DNA from: Gammaproteobacteria bacterium
Lineage (GTDB): Bacteria; Pseudomonadota; Gammaproteobacteria; JBCCGL01
Direction: 5' to 3'
NCBI GenBank assembly: GCA_965277715.1
Contig: OZ255836.1
Coordinates: 800,001 to 864,000 of the forward strand
Length of the DNA: 64,000 nt
This document shows, piece after piece, positions 11,101 through 21,426 of this stretch. Every line of letters starts with the position of its first letter. Position 1 is the stretch's first letter. Made by a program: the position numbers and the translations under genes. The notes under the pieces are model-generated. The model did no database searches, was not told the DNA's origin, and saw nothing but the letters and a program-made list of their open reading frames with translations.

Positions 11101-13600
11101 CCTGACTGATACCATAACCAATAGTACCCAGACATTGTCAGTATCAGCGACCAGTGCCACGTTTAATGATTTAGTGCCAGGCCACCCCCATACCATTAGC
11201 GTTGTCGCGACAGATGCGCTGGGCAACCGCAGTAACTACCCAATCATGACGTTCAGCACATTGTCAGTAGTCGATGCAGATAATGATGGCCTTGCGGATA
11301 GTTTACAAAGCGCAGACAGCAGTGCTACCGACAGCGATGCCGATGGTATTAGCGATGATGTGGAGGCCTTTATTGGCAATGGTGCTGACGTGACTCAAAC
11401 GACCGATACCAATAATAATGGTATCCCTGATGTAGTCGAAGTGGGCATTGGTTTGAACCCTGCTGTCTCCGACCACGGTACGGCATCGGTCGGTGATAGC
11501 CGCCCTGTGATCAGTAACCTGAGCACACCGGCTAATGCCATATCGACGGCGATTTTCACATCCGTATCAGCGGCTACGGCCAGCAACAGTAATGCATCGA
11601 CCTCAGCGACACTGACGGTGCCTGCCTCGGCCTATTTTCGCACGGGCCGTTGCGCTGGTGCGATTTTGCCCGCCAATTTTGCATCGGCCTGTCAAGCGGT
11701 GCAGCGTGATAATAACAACAACCTGTTACTGTTAGCGGGTGCCCACTCATTGTGGTGGATAGCCGTAGACAGTAATGGCAACTGGCCATTAGGTGGTGCG
11801 GTTGCTCAGGCCATCAATGTGGTGCCAAAAGTGTCCTTTAGCTCGGGAAATATTATGACGAATGGTACTGCGACTGTGGTTCTGACGCTCAACGGTGCCC
11901 CGGTTGATCTTACGCGCACCCTGGAAGTACCCTATAGAATAACAGCGAATAGTACCGGCAGCTCGACCAATGCCGTAAACAGTACTGGTACTTTCAGCTT
12001 CGCGCCAGGCCAATTGAACAGTCGTATCAACCTGCCCGTTGGTACCAGTGCTGGCAGCATTGTTTTGCAAATTAACAGTAGTGCAGCGGTATTTGTACAA
12101 AACCCGGCCAATATAACCGCAGCTACCGAACGGGTTACCCTGGGGGCTAACAGCACCCAGACGATTAATGTTATCAGCGGCAATATTGCGCCGCAAACAT
12201 CGCTGACCGTGGTGGATAGCAACAACAGAGCCGTTTCATCTGTTCTGGCGGGCAGTACCATTAGCATCACCGCCATTGCCATCGATGCCAATGGCGATAC
12301 CCTGACTTATGACTGGAGCGCTTCCACCGGCATTACGGTACCGACTAACACCAGCACGCCATCCTTTACGGCTACGCTTCAGGCAGGTGTTGCCACGGTT
12401 ATCCTGTCTGTTTCAGATGGTGTCGCCACAGTGCGCACGCAGTTGCAGATTAGGGTGCTGGCGACTGATCCACTGGTTGGTGTGGCTGCCAACTCGGACC
12501 GGGATAACGATGGTTTAGTGGATAGCATGGAGGGTTTCGCTGACGACGACGGTGACCGGGTGCCCAACTTCATTGAACGTCTGCATGACACCAGCCAATT
12601 GCTGCCTATTGATACGACTGAATCCCGTTTTGTGACCTCTGAACCAGGTGTCGGTTTACGTCTGGGTAATATTGCCTTTACCTCGGCTGTTTTTGGTTCG
12701 AGCACGACGACAGGTTTTAATGCGAGCGTAGTGCCACAGGCACAAAATGGTGCCGGGTCTGAAATTATTCCTGCTGATACAGTGCCGCATGTCGGGAACA
12801 TTGTAGATTTCGAGGTGGTTAATCTGCCGGTAGCAGGCCAACAGATTAATGTGGTTATTCCACTCAGTGTGTCGATACCGGTGAACCCGATTTATCGCAA
12901 ATATTTGCCCGTGGCACTGGCGGGTTCTGGCCGTTCGAGTTGGGTAAATTTTGATACCACTACAGTCAATAGCAATGGTGCCAGAGATGCATTGGCATCG
13001 ACGATGAGCATAGGTGCGGGTATCTGCCCGGATTATGACGATACCAGTTGGCAGTCGGGCCTGGTGGTGGGCAATAACTGCTTACGCCTGACGATTACTG
13101 ATGGCGGCCCCAATGATGCCGACAATGCTATTAATAATGAAATAGCTGACCCTGCGGTACTTTCGGGGCAAATGGCGACGCTGGCAAACAGCTCGCTGAC
13201 ACTGGGTGCATCCTCTTTGGATGCCGATGGTCGGGCGGTGACTTCAATCACTGTTCGGGTGGCTGATATGGGTGGTAACCCTATGTCTGGTGTAACGGTA
13301 ACATTGAGTCAATCTGGCACGGCGGTGACACTGTCTTCTTTGACCGATAATAATGATGGCAGCTATACAGCGCAGCTTACCGCTGGCAATCAGGCAGGTA
13401 ATACCAGCATCTCTGCAAGGGTGGATGATGGCACCAATAGCGCCTTTAATCTCCCAACAGCCCAATTGGCGTTGTTATCAACACAAGCGCCGGTAGCCTC
13501 CACTAATGGTGGTGGTGGTGGTGGCATGGCTGTTTTTGAACTGGCAGGGTTATTAATGATGTTATTACTGTCGTTTTACTGTCGGCGATCAGTCAGGTAA
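8105..13600 (+). CDS. Large surface adhesin: signal peptide, 6 cadherin/Ig-like repeats, Fn3, DxDxDG Ca-binding repeats, choice-of-anchor-U-like and invasin Ig domains, GlyGly-CTERM
   Basis: Signal peptide ending AFA; VNDAP repeats; CLRLTITDGGPNDAD; TDNNDGSYTAQL; C-terminal GGGGGG plus TM plus RR. Confidence 0.85.
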   Translation: MMSKKSYFLLVCLFLTSFSISAFATIPTVHNTNETYYTNNTGQNTVDGFTISLTSPGNIARYSGESSGFTRALAIESNPAVTTHTWTFTADNSDLATFNLDQIRAFDFSASGAAMTVVINASNGMSQTFTTSTSTQNNQAMLNTTAGLFDSISSFSVSLSLSGRLNSNALLAGFTISNIVEPIFVNTPPIIINAPASVTVVEDVATDIGLSTIVFFDNEANPLTTTFTAASGTLATALGNGTFAGVTVSGSGTAALVLAGSSGNLNTFLDITTNVRYTTALNNTTATSITITGNDGDGGDLTTNPSITVNITAVNDAPTIAGVPASVTVAEDVATAIDLSASTFADAEDDSLTVTLTAASGTLATVSGNGASGGVTVSGSGTAALVLAGNPANLNTFLDTATNVRYTTALNNTTATSITITGNDGDGGDLTTNPSITVNITAVNDAPTIAGVPASVTVAEDVATDVDLSASTFADVEDDSLTVTLTAASGTLATASGNGVSGGVTVSGSGTAALVLAGNPANLNTFLDITTNVRYTTALNNTTATSITITGNDGDGGDLTTNPSITVNITAVNDAPTIAGVPASVTVAEDVATAIDLSASTFADVEDDSLTVTLTAASGTLATVSGNGASGGVTVSGSGTAALVLAGNPANLNTFLDTATNVRYTTALNNTTATSITITGNDGDGGDLTTNPSITVNITAVNDAPTIAGVPASVTVAEDVATDVDLSASTFADVEDDSLTVTLTAASGTLATASGNGSSGGVTVSGSGTAALVLAGNPANLNTFLDTATNVRYTTALNNTTATSITVTGNDGNGGDLTTSPSITVNITAVNDAPTIAGTPATVTVVENVATAINLSSSTFADAEDDTLTVTLTAASGTLAIASGNGSSGGVTVSGSGTAALQLVGNPANLNTFLDTATNVRYTTALNNTTATSITVTGNDGNGGTLTTNPSIVVNIAVAESDVPVLPTDTTLTVTATANSLAINWNAVTDVNSVIYAVTLTDTITNSTQTLSVSATSATFNDLVPGHPHTISVVATDALGNRSNYPIMTFSTLSVVDADNDGLADSLQSADSSATDSDADGISDDVEAFIGNGADVTQTTDTNNNGIPDVVEVGIGLNPAVSDHGTASVGDSRPVISNLSTPANAISTAIFTSVSAATASNSNASTSATLTVPASAYFRTGRCAGAILPANFASACQAVQRDNNNNLLLLAGAHSLWWIAVDSNGNWPLGGAVAQAINVVPKVSFSSGNIMTNGTATVVLTLNGAPVDLTRTLEVPYRITANSTGSSTNAVNSTGTFSFAPGQLNSRINLPVGTSAGSIVLQINSSAAVFVQNPANITAATERVTLGANSTQTINVISGNIAPQTSLTVVDSNNRAVSSVLAGSTISITAIAIDANGDTLTYDWSASTGITVPTNTSTPSFTATLQAGVATVILSVSDGVATVRTQLQIRVLATDPLVGVAANSDRDNDGLVDSMEGFADDDGDRVPNFIERLHDTSQLLPIDTTESRFVTSEPGVGLRLGNIAFTSAVFGSSTTTGFNASVVPQAQNGAGSEIIPADTVPHVGNIVDFEVVNLPVAGQQINVVIPLSVSIPVNPIYRKYLPVALAGSGRSSWVNFDTTTVNSNGARDALASTMSIGAGICPDYDDTSWQSGLVVGNNCLRLTITDGGPNDADNAINNEIADPAVLSGQMATLANSSLTLGASSLDADGRAVTSITVRVADMGGNPMSGVTVTLSQSGTAVTLSSLTDNNDGSYTAQLTAGNQAGNTSISARVDDGTNSAFNLPTAQLALLSTQAPVASTNGGGGGGMAVFELAGLLMMLLLSFYCRRSVR
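8660..10981 (+). repeat. Six tandem 387-bp (129-aa) repeats within the adhesin
   Basis: Units start at 8660, 9047, 9434, 9821, 10208, 10595; units 2-5 are near-identical. Confidence 0.95.
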
Positions 13601-13780
13601 TACCACCACCTCTACACTCATTTCCTATCCAGAAGAGCGGTTTCGCGCAAGCACACGATGTCGGAGTCGTATGCGTTTAGCGTGTACGGATTGTGCGGGG
13701 GCGCCGGGTGGTCTGTGTGCCTTCCGCGCCCCATCAAAACCCCCTTCCTGGAACGTGGACTTTTATTTGTTTTATCGGCT

Positions 13781-13817
13781 TGATGTTTTGATGTTTTTTA
13801 TTTTATGCCGTGATGTT
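13781..13817 (+). promoter_or_regulatory. Three TGATGTT direct repeats, candidate VapB operator
   Basis: TGATGTT at 13781, 13789 and 13811, upstream of the antitoxin start. Confidence 0.4.
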
Positions 13818-13859
13818 AGACTATTTGCTTGATTACGACTAAAAAGCAGGTGAGACCAG

Positions 13860-14132
13860 ATGAGAACCACGCTGACTATTGATGATGGGATTGTCGATGC
13901 CTTAAAAGAAGCGGCTTACACCTCGGGGAAACCCTATAAACAAATCGTTAACGAAACCTTACGCGCTGGGATAGCCATGAAGCAAACGGCTTATCGGGCG
14001 GCCACCCCCTACACCCTGAAACCCGCGTCACTCGGCGCAGTGAATGCGGGCTATGACCTCAATAAGTCATTGCAACTGGCCGATGAGCTTGAGGAATTGG
14101 AAATAGTGAAAAAAATGGAAATGCGAAAATGA
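13860..14132 (+). CDS. vapB: VapB-type ribbon-helix-helix antitoxin
   Basis: MRTTLTIDD N-terminus; ATGA overlap with a PIN gene. Confidence 0.85.
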   Translation: MRTTLTIDDGIVDALKEAAYTSGKPYKQIVNETLRAGIAMKQTAYRAATPYTLKPASLGAVNAGYDLNKSLQLADELEELEIVKKMEMRK

Positions 14133-14563
14133 TCCTGATCGACGCCAATTTGCTGATCTATGCGGTTAATTCTGATGCGCCTTACCATCGTCAGGCGCGG
14201 GCCTGGCTGGAAGAGACATTGTCTGGCACCACAGACGTGGGGCTGGCCTGGATTGTTGCGCTCGCCTTTCTACGCATAACAACCCGCCCCGGCATTTTGG
14301 CGCAGCCTTTAAGCAGTGATGAGGCATCAGCTTATATTGATGAGTGGTTAGCGCTGCCCTATGTAAAGCTGATTGGTCCCGGTGCTAATCACTGGCCTGT
14401 ATTTAGAAACTTGCTGCGCCTGGTGGGCACTGCCGGCAACCTCACATCGGATGCCCATATTGCGGCACTGGCCATTGAGCACGGTGCCGAGGTGTATTCA
14501 GCGGATCACGACTTTGCCCGCTTTGTCCAACTGAAGCATGTAAATCCCTTACGGATTGAGTGA
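14129..14563 (+). CDS. vapC: VapC PIN-domain toxin
   Basis: LIDANLLIYA, DAHIAALAIEHG, SADHDF. Confidence 0.92.
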   Translation: MILIDANLLIYAVNSDAPYHRQARAWLEETLSGTTDVGLAWIVALAFLRITTRPGILAQPLSSDEASAYIDEWLALPYVKLIGPGANHWPVFRNLLRLVGTAGNLTSDAHIAALAIEHGAEVYSADHDFARFVQLKHVNPLRIE

Positions 14564-14769
14564 GAAATACTACAAGCACTGTTGCCAGGCGTATTTCAAT
14601 CATTACAAGCCAAATAGAGTGGAAGGCAAAGTGAAGCCACTGATTCACTCACCGATATAAAAAAACACTCATTTCCTGTTAGACTTTACCTGCTGACCCT
14701 AATGTATCTCATATTGATAAAACGGCGTATTTACAGACATTCAACCCAGACACTCTAGGCCATATTACA

Positions 14770-15255
14770 TTGAACCGCCTGCTACCTATTATTGCGTTTA
14801 TATTGGTGACTGCTATTGCCTGTAGCACCTCGCCAACCCCAGATCCGCTAAGTACAAGCCCGGCAACAGATCTCAACAGATCGGCGCCTACCTCAGGTGA
14901 ACCTAAAAAAATTCGCCATAGTATGGATGATTCAAATGTCGTCGAAATGTGGACTAATGCCGAGGCTGCGCGCCAGCAAGGGGCGTTCGAGCAGGCCGGT
15001 GTGTATATCGAGAGTGCATTGCGCATTACCCCAGACGACCCGATGTTGTGGAGCCGCCTGGCGGAGCTGCGGATGCGCCTCGGCGAATACCCGCTGGCTG
15101 AAAACTACGCCGCAAAATCGAACGCACTGGGTGCAGACAACACACCATTGTTGCACCGTAACTGGTTGATTATTCAACATTCACGTGATGAGCGGGGGGA
15201 TGTACTCGGCGCCCGCGAAGCCCAGCTTGAAGTGCGTAAATACGCCGCTGAATAA
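14770..15255 (+). CDS. TPR-domain lipoprotein
   Basis: Lipobox AIAC; TPR-like IESALRITPDDPMLWSRLA. Confidence 0.7.
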   Translation: MNRLLPIIAFILVTAIACSTSPTPDPLSTSPATDLNRSAPTSGEPKKIRHSMDDSNVVEMWTNAEAARQQGAFEQAGVYIESALRITPDDPMLWSRLAELRMRLGEYPLAENYAAKSNALGADNTPLLHRNWLIIQHSRDERGDVLGAREAQLEVRKYAAE

Positions 15256-15318
15256 ATGTATTGTTCGTCTATTTAATACACCATCTTTTGATCGCCAATT
15301 CCTCTGGGGAGCAATTTA

Positions 15319-17250
15319 TTGTCCCACTCGTTTGAATCTGTTACCGAAGTGCTCGGTAAACACGGCCCCTTTGCGGAACACCTGTCCGGTTTTGCACCGC
15401 GTACACAGCAGCAGGCGCTGGCCGAGGCGATCGATAACACCCTCTTGGAGGGGGGAACTTTAATTGGTGAGGCGGGCACAGGGGTTGGCAAAACATTTGC
15501 CTACCTGGTGCCCGCTATTTTGTCCGGGCTGAAGATCATCGTTTCCACCGGCACCCGGCATTTGCAGGATCAGCTTTTTTACAACGACCTGCCACTGGTG
15601 CGGCGGGCATTGCGCAGTGACATCAACGTTGCCCTGTTGAAAGGGCGCAGCAATTACCTGTGCAGGCACCGGATGGCGGCCGCATCGCAACACCCAATGC
15701 TGTCGCGAGCCGAATTATTGAGCCAGCTAACCCAGGTACGGCATTGGGCCGCCACCACTAAAACCGGGGATATCAGCGAAGTTAAAACACTCCCGGAAGA
15801 TGCCCCCATTTGGCACTACGTTACCTCTGATGCGGATTTTTGCGCCGGGCACGAACCGGATCAGCTAAGCGACTGCTTTGTACACCAGGCGCGCAAACAA
15901 GCGCAATCGGCGGATATCGTCGTGGTAAACCACCATCTGTTCTTCGCTGATCTATCACTAAAAGAAGAGGGTTTTGGAGAAATACTGCCCAGTGCCAATG
16001 TATTCGTATTGGATGAAGCCCATCAGATCCCCAAAGTGGCCTCACAATTTTTTGGCCAGCGTTTTAGTAGCCGCCAGTTGACCGATCTGGTGCGCGACAG
16101 CATTGCCGAACAGATGCGCGATGCGGCGGATATGAGCGAGCTTCGCGAGGCGATTTCGACCCTGGAAAAGGCCTCGCGGGATTTTCGGTTGTCATTTGGT
16201 GTCCAGACCCGGCGCGATGCATGGCGGCAGATTCTCGACAACCAAAATATTGCTACCAGTATCGGTGAATTGCAGCAGGCGTACCGTGAACTCGCCGGGC
16301 AACTGGAGCTGGCAGCACCCCGTGGCAGAGGCCTGGCCGCGTGCCTGCGCCGTTGCCTGGCACAACTGGAGGTGCTCGGCAATTTTATCGCGCCGGATAC
16401 ACAAGGCGAATGGGTGCATTGGTTTGAAACATTCCGTACCGGCTATGTACTTAGCCTGACAGCATTAGATGTTGCGGGGCCATTTCAACGAACCGTGAAT
16501 ACATTAAGCGCCTCGTGGCTGTACACCTCGGCGACGCTTTCAGTCGGCAACTCCTTCGCGCATTTTCGTGCGCAACTGGGTATCGAAGAGGCCAACGAGT
16601 GCCAACAAAACAGCCCATTTGATTACCCTAACAATGCCCTGTTGTACCTGCCGGCAAATATGCCTGAGCCAAGTGCCGATAACTATAACCAGAAAGTCAT
16701 CGAGGCGGCCTTGCCTGTTATTCGCGCCAGTGGCGGGCGGGCATTTTTATTGTTTACCAGTTACCGGGCGCTCAACCAGGCGGCGGAGTGGTTGCTGGAT
16801 AAAACCGATCTGCCGCTATTGGTACAGGGTGATTCACCCAAGCGCGAGCTGATTGCTGAATTTCAATCACTCGGCAACGCCGTGTTACTGGGCACCAGCA
16901 GTTTTTGGGAGGGGGTCGATGTGCGTGGACAGGCACTCTCCTGCGTTATCATCGACAAATTGCCCTTTGCCTCGCCCGGTGATCCAGTAATGCAGGCACG
17001 TATTAGCGCGATGCGTGAGCGTGGTGGCAACCCGTTTTTCGACTATCAGGTGCCGCAAGCGGCGATAGCACTGAAACAGGGGGTGGGGCGGCTGATCCGC
17101 GATGTGAACGATAGAGGCGTGGTAATGATCTGTGATCCCCGTTTAAAAACAAAGTCTTATGGTCGACTGTTTATCCAGAGTCTACCTGAGATGCCGCCCA
17201 CTGATTCGCTGCAATCGGTTCAGGCATTTTTTGCACAGGAACAGCGATGA
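15319..17250 (+). CDS. yoaA: DinG/YoaA-family ATP-dependent DNA helicase
   Basis: EAGTGVGKT, DEAH, SATL, FWEGVDVRG, QGVGRLIR; upstream of tsaB. Confidence 0.9.
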   Translation: MSHSFESVTEVLGKHGPFAEHLSGFAPRTQQQALAEAIDNTLLEGGTLIGEAGTGVGKTFAYLVPAILSGLKIIVSTGTRHLQDQLFYNDLPLVRRALRSDINVALLKGRSNYLCRHRMAAASQHPMLSRAELLSQLTQVRHWAATTKTGDISEVKTLPEDAPIWHYVTSDADFCAGHEPDQLSDCFVHQARKQAQSADIVVVNHHLFFADLSLKEEGFGEILPSANVFVLDEAHQIPKVASQFFGQRFSSRQLTDLVRDSIAEQMRDAADMSELREAISTLEKASRDFRLSFGVQTRRDAWRQILDNQNIATSIGELQQAYRELAGQLELAAPRGRGLAACLRRCLAQLEVLGNFIAPDTQGEWVHWFETFRTGYVLSLTALDVAGPFQRTVNTLSASWLYTSATLSVGNSFAHFRAQLGIEEANECQQNSPFDYPNNALLYLPANMPEPSADNYNQKVIEAALPVIRASGGRAFLLFTSYRALNQAAEWLLDKTDLPLLVQGDSPKRELIAEFQSLGNAVLLGTSSFWEGVDVRGQALSCVIIDKLPFASPGDPVMQARISAMRERGGNPFFDYQVPQAAIALKQGVGRLIRDVNDRGVVMICDPRLKTKSYGRLFIQSLPEMPPTDSLQSVQAFFAQEQR

Positions 17251-17960
17251 ACCTACTCGCTATCGATACCGCGACGGAAGTGTGCAGTGCCGCCCTGCTC
17301 AATGGTGAGGCATTGCGTGTTGATTACGTCGAAACCGCCCGCGACCACTCCAGGCTTATTTTAAAAATGCTCGATGCCCTATTGGCCAATGCAGGTCTTG
17401 CACCGCAACAGCTCGATGGGCTGGCGTTTGGCCGTGGCCCAGGGAGTTTCACCGGTGTGCGTATCGCCGCTGGTGTCACCCAGGGCATTGCCCTGGCCGT
17501 TGACTGCCCGGTATGGCCGGTTTCCAATCTTGCCGCTATTGCGCAGCGTTGCTATCGCGAGTCCGCCGTGAAAAATGTACTGGCTGCTATTGATGCGCGT
17601 ATGGGCGAGGTCTACTGGGGCGCTTATCAGTGCAATGAAAATGGCTTGATGCAAGCCTGTATCGATGAATCTGTCTCGGCGCCGCAACACATTGCATTGC
17701 CCATCACACAGGATAATTGTATATGGACTGGCGCCGGTACAGGCTGGTGTCGCCATGAGGCGCTATTGCTTGAGGCAACGGGCCAGTTAAACCTATCCGG
17801 TTTTAGCCACCAGCTCCCCCACGCACAGGACATTTTGGCGTTGGCCAGAACAGACCTGGAGCAGGGCAGGGGATTGGCGCCTGAGAGCGCGCAGCCGGTC
17901 TATCTTCGCGATAAAGTTGCCAGGACAATCGCGGAGCGAAACACGCCAAAACAAGCGTAA
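17247..17960 (+). CDS. tsaB: tRNA t6A biosynthesis protein TsaB
   Basis: LAIDTAT, GPGSFTGVRI, DARMGEVY. Confidence 0.95.
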   Translation: MNLLAIDTATEVCSAALLNGEALRVDYVETARDHSRLILKMLDALLANAGLAPQQLDGLAFGRGPGSFTGVRIAAGVTQGIALAVDCPVWPVSNLAAIAQRCYRESAVKNVLAAIDARMGEVYWGAYQCNENGLMQACIDESVSAPQHIALPITQDNCIWTGAGTGWCRHEALLLEATGQLNLSGFSHQLPHAQDILALARTDLEQGRGLAPESAQPVYLRDKVARTIAERNTPKQA

Positions 17961-18001
17961 CGACACAGTCATAGGCACAATCGCAAATACATTTTCCGGG
18001 G

Positions 18002-18376
18002 CTATTGAAGAACCGCTTTATACCTTTCAACATCAAACCCAATAAGCAATTCACCCCTGGCTTCGAGCACCGGGCGCTTAATCATCGCCGGGTACTCACA
18101 CATCAGTGCAATGGCTATCGATTGATCGATATTTTCACGCTGCGCTTCGGGCAGTTTCCGCCAGGTTGTACCGCGCCGGTTGAGCAGGGTCTGCCAATCG
18201 GCTCTTGTACACCAACCGAGCAACCGGGCCGCGTCGATACCCTCGACGCGGTAATCGTGAAAGCGGTAATCAATATGGTGCGTGTTCATCCAGGCACGCG
18301 CCTTCTTTATCGTGTCACAATTTTTTATGCCGTAGATAACCGGGCCGGGCGAATCATTCATCGGTGAATCACTCAT
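18002..18376 (-). CDS. yffB: ArsC/Spx-family protein (YffB-like)
   Basis: [29 protein letters not shown]; start ATG 18376 or 18361. Confidence 0.88.
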   Translation of the reverse strand: MSDSPMNDSPGPVIYGIKNCDTIKKARAWMNTHHIDYRFHDYRVEGIDAARLLGWCTRADWQTLLNRRGTTWRKLPEAQRENIDQSIAIALMCEYPAMIKRPVLEARGELLIGFDVERYKAVLQ

Positions 18377-19202
18377 CGATGGCGCGCAGCAATGCGTTAA
18401 TGCCCACCTTGGCACGTGTTTTCTCATCGACCTTCTTGACGATCACGGCGCAGTACAGGCTGTAGCGGCCATCAGCACTGGGCAGATTACCGGAGACAAC
18501 CACCGAACCGGCGGGCACGCGCCCGTAGATAACCGTATCGTTTTCCCGGTCATAGATACGCGTGCTTTGACCAATATAGACACCCATCGAAATAACCGAA
18601 CCCTGCTCCACAATAACCCCCTCAACCACCTCCGAACGTGCGCCGATAAAGCAATTGTCTTCAATAATCGTGGGTGAGGCCTGCAAGGGTTCGAGCACAC
18701 CACCAATACCGACCCCGCCGGATAAATGCACGTTTTTACCAATTTGTGCGCAGGAACCGACCGTCGCCCAGGTATCGACCATGGTACCGCTGTCGACATA
18801 GGCGCCAATATTCACATAAGACGGCATCAACACCGCGCCAGGTGCGATATAGCTACCTTTACGCGCCATGGCTGGCGGTACAACGCGCACCCCGGAATCG
18901 GCAAACTGCTGTGCCGACCAACCGGTGAATTTGCTGTCGACCTTATCGTAAAACTGCGTAAACCCGCCTGCCGACATCGGTGCATTATCATTGATGCGAA
19001 ATGACAGCAAGACCGCTTTCTTCAACCATTCATTGACGACCCAATCACCAATACCGCGCTGTTGTGCCACCCGCACTGCACCACTATCGATTTGGGTAAT
19101 GGCTTGATTGACGGCATCGCGCACCTCGGCAGAGACATTGTTCGGTGTAATCTCGGCGCGTTTTTCAAAGGCATCTTCGATCAGGTTTTGTAAATCAGAC
19201 AT
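18369..19202 (-). CDS. dapD: Tetrahydrodipicolinate N-succinyltransferase
   Basis: [35 protein letters not shown]. Confidence 0.97.
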   Translation of the reverse strand: MSDLQNLIEDAFEKRAEITPNNVSAEVRDAVNQAITQIDSGAVRVAQQRGIGDWVVNEWLKKAVLLSFRINDNAPMSAGGFTQFYDKVDSKFTGWSAQQFADSGVRVVPPAMARKGSYIAPGAVLMPSYVNIGAYVDSGTMVDTWATVGSCAQIGKNVHLSGGVGIGGVLEPLQASPTIIEDNCFIGARSEVVEGVIVEQGSVISMGVYIGQSTRIYDRENDTVIYGRVPAGSVVVSGNLPSADGRYSLYCAVIVKKVDEKTRAKVGINALLRAIDE

Positions 19203-19228
19203 TGGTTTTCTCTGTGATTAGTAATTGT

Positions 19229-20440
19229 TTAAAGGGCATCTAAGGTATCGCGGATACACTGGGCGGCATCAATACAATCGTCCAGTGCTGCCACCAATGC
19301 AATGCGCAGGTGGTTCTCCCCAGGGTTAATGCCTGCATTTTCTCGTGCGAGGTAACGCCCAGGCAATACCGTAATATTGTGTTGCCGATAAAGCGCCAGG
19401 GCAAATGCCTCATCGTCGAGAGGTAACTCGGCCGGTAACTGAGGCCATAAATAAAACCCAGCTTGTGGTTTTGTTACAGCGAGTGCCCCGGACAAAATAT
19501 CCAGCACAGCGGTAAATTTCTCCCGGTACAAAAGTCGGTTTTCGCGCACGTGTTGTTCATCCTGCCACGCCGTTGTACTGGCTGCCTGCACTAAGGGTGA
19601 CATTGAACAGCCGTGATAGGTACGGTAACGAAAAAATGCATCGATAATACGGCTGTCACCAGCGATAAACCCAGAGCGCATACCCGGTAGATTAGAGCGT
19701 TTCGATAAGCTGTGAAACACCGCGCAGTGAGAAAAATCGTGATTACCCATCGTTTGGCAGGCTTGCAGCAAACCGGCGGGTGGTGCATTTTCGTCGGCGT
19801 AGATTTCTGAATAACACTCGTCGCTGGCGATAATAAAATTATGCCGTTGTGCGCGTTCAATCAACGTTATCAAATCGGCTTCACCGATAACACTGCCGGT
19901 TGGGTTGCCGGGTGAGCAGATATAAATAAGCTGGCATCGATCCCAGTCGCGTTCACCGATACTGTCGAAGTCGGGTTGGTAGTGAGTATCCGCTCCGGTG
20001 TTATAAAACCGGGGTTGCAAGCCAGCGAGAATAGCGGCCCCTTCATAAATTTGATAAAACGGGTTTGGCATCAGCACGGTATTTTTTTTGCTGGTGTTGT
20101 CCAGCGTACATTGAGCAAAGGCAAATAAAGCCTCGCGGGTGCCATTAACCGGCAATATATGCTTTGCCGGGTCGATGCCTGTGGTGGCTAATTGAAAGCG
20201 GTTTGCCAGCCATTGTGCAATCGCTTCACGCAGCGCGTCATTGCCACGGGTACTGGGGTACTGGCTAACCCCGCCAAGGTTTTCTGCCAGGCTATCGAGC
20301 ACACATTGTGGTGGTGCATGGCGAGGTTCACCGACTGAGAGCAAGACCGCCTTTCGTTGGGTCTGTGGTGTGATGCCGTGTTTTAACGCAGCCAGCTTTT
20401 CGAAAGGGTAGGCCTGTAATTGCTGTAGGTTTGGGTTCAT
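19229..20440 (-). CDS. dapC: Succinyldiaminopimelate aminotransferase
   Basis: MNPNL..LQAYPFEKL start at 20440, NGTREALF, SLSKRSNLPGMRSG; adjacent to dapD. Confidence 0.93.
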   Translation of the reverse strand: MNPNLQQLQAYPFEKLAALKHGITPQTQRKAVLLSVGEPRHAPPQCVLDSLAENLGGVSQYPSTRGNDALREAIAQWLANRFQLATTGIDPAKHILPVNGTREALFAFAQCTLDNTSKKNTVLMPNPFYQIYEGAAILAGLQPRFYNTGADTHYQPDFDSIGERDWDRCQLIYICSPGNPTGSVIGEADLITLIERAQRHNFIIASDECYSEIYADENAPPAGLLQACQTMGNHDFSHCAVFHSLSKRSNLPGMRSGFIAGDSRIIDAFFRYRTYHGCSMSPLVQAASTTAWQDEQHVRENRLLYREKFTAVLDILSGALAVTKPQAGFYLWPQLPAELPLDDEAFALALYRQHNITVLPGRYLARENAGINPGENHLRIALVAALDDCIDAAQCIRDTLDAL

Positions 20441-20626
20441 ATAGGCGTTATTAAGGGAAAGATCGATTGGGAGGTTGCTGATAATGGTCGGAAGTCGATG
20501 AGTAGCTTTTTTAATTTGAGCATATTTTAGCTTATTCACTTTAATGAGTGGTGGCAAATGCTTCAGTGGTTTGGATTCGGTGCGAATTGACAGATCAAAG
20601 TACTTGCACAATGTTTGATTAAGCTA

Positions 20627-20657
20627 ATATCATAGATATCTTGTATATCTATGATAT
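20627..20657. promoter_or_regulatory. Perfect 13-bp inverted repeat, candidate FitA/VapB operator
   Basis: ATATCATAGATAT-N5-ATATCTATGATAT, 12 bp upstream of the antitoxin ATG. Confidence 0.65.
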
Positions 20658-20669
20658 CTGGAGAGTGAT

Positions 20670-20906
20670 ATGGCTAATATTCTTATTCGTGATATTGATG
20701 AGTCGTTGAACAAAGCGTTAAAGTTGAGGGCTATTGAACATGATCGTACCCGTGAAGCTGAAATCAAGGTTATTTTGCGATCAGTCGTCGATAAGCTACC
20801 GCAAAAACGGCCATTGGCTGAGGCATTAATGGACATTCCAACCTTGGATATTGATGTAGATACATTGTTTGAACGATCACACAGCCCTGGTCGTGGATTC
20901 GGCTGA
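20670..20906 (+). CDS. vapB: FitA-like ribbon-helix-helix antitoxin
   Basis: MANILIRDIDE...LKLRAIEHDRTREAEIK. Confidence 0.85.
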   Translation: MANILIRDIDESLNKALKLRAIEHDRTREAEIKVILRSVVDKLPQKRPLAEALMDIPTLDIDVDTLFERSHSPGRGFG

Positions 20907-20908
20907 CA

Positions 20909-21331
20909 ATGTATTTACTCGATACCAATGTCATTTCGCAATTCACAAAACGCCAACCTGATCAAGGGGTTGTCGATTTCTTTGAAAAAATAAAAAACCA
21001 TCAATCCGAACTATATTTGTCAGTGCTGACTATTGGAGAGATTAATAGTGGCATCAGCAAACTAACCCACTATCGAGACCACCAGCAAGCCGAAAAACTT
21101 CAGCGGTGGTTGACCCAATTAAAATCTGAATACACAAATAGAATATTGGCTATAGACAGTGATATCTGTACGCTGTGGGGTGCAATGCTCGCAGCAACTG
21201 ATAATACGAATGCCGTTGATAAGCTGATTGCAGCGACGGCACTCAATTACGGCTTTACACTGGTCACACGCAATGTCGCACATATGGCGGGCACAGGCGC
21301 TCAATGTGTCAATCCCTTTATGTCCAGGTAG
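20909..21331 (+). CDS. vapC: VapC/FitB PIN-domain toxin
   Basis: YLLDTNVISQ, SVLTIGEI, DKLIAATA, LVTRN. Confidence 0.92.
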   Translation: MYLLDTNVISQFTKRQPDQGVVDFFEKIKNHQSELYLSVLTIGEINSGISKLTHYRDHQQAEKLQRWLTQLKSEYTNRILAIDSDICTLWGAMLAATDNTNAVDKLIAATALNYGFTLVTRNVAHMAGTGAQCVNPFMSR

Positions 21332-21426
21332 AGTAACAATGGTAAGAAAGTCAGTGTAACCCACGCAATATTCGCCACCCTCTTTTCTTTACATTACTCA
21401 GTCTTCTACAGCATCCGGGGAAACAC

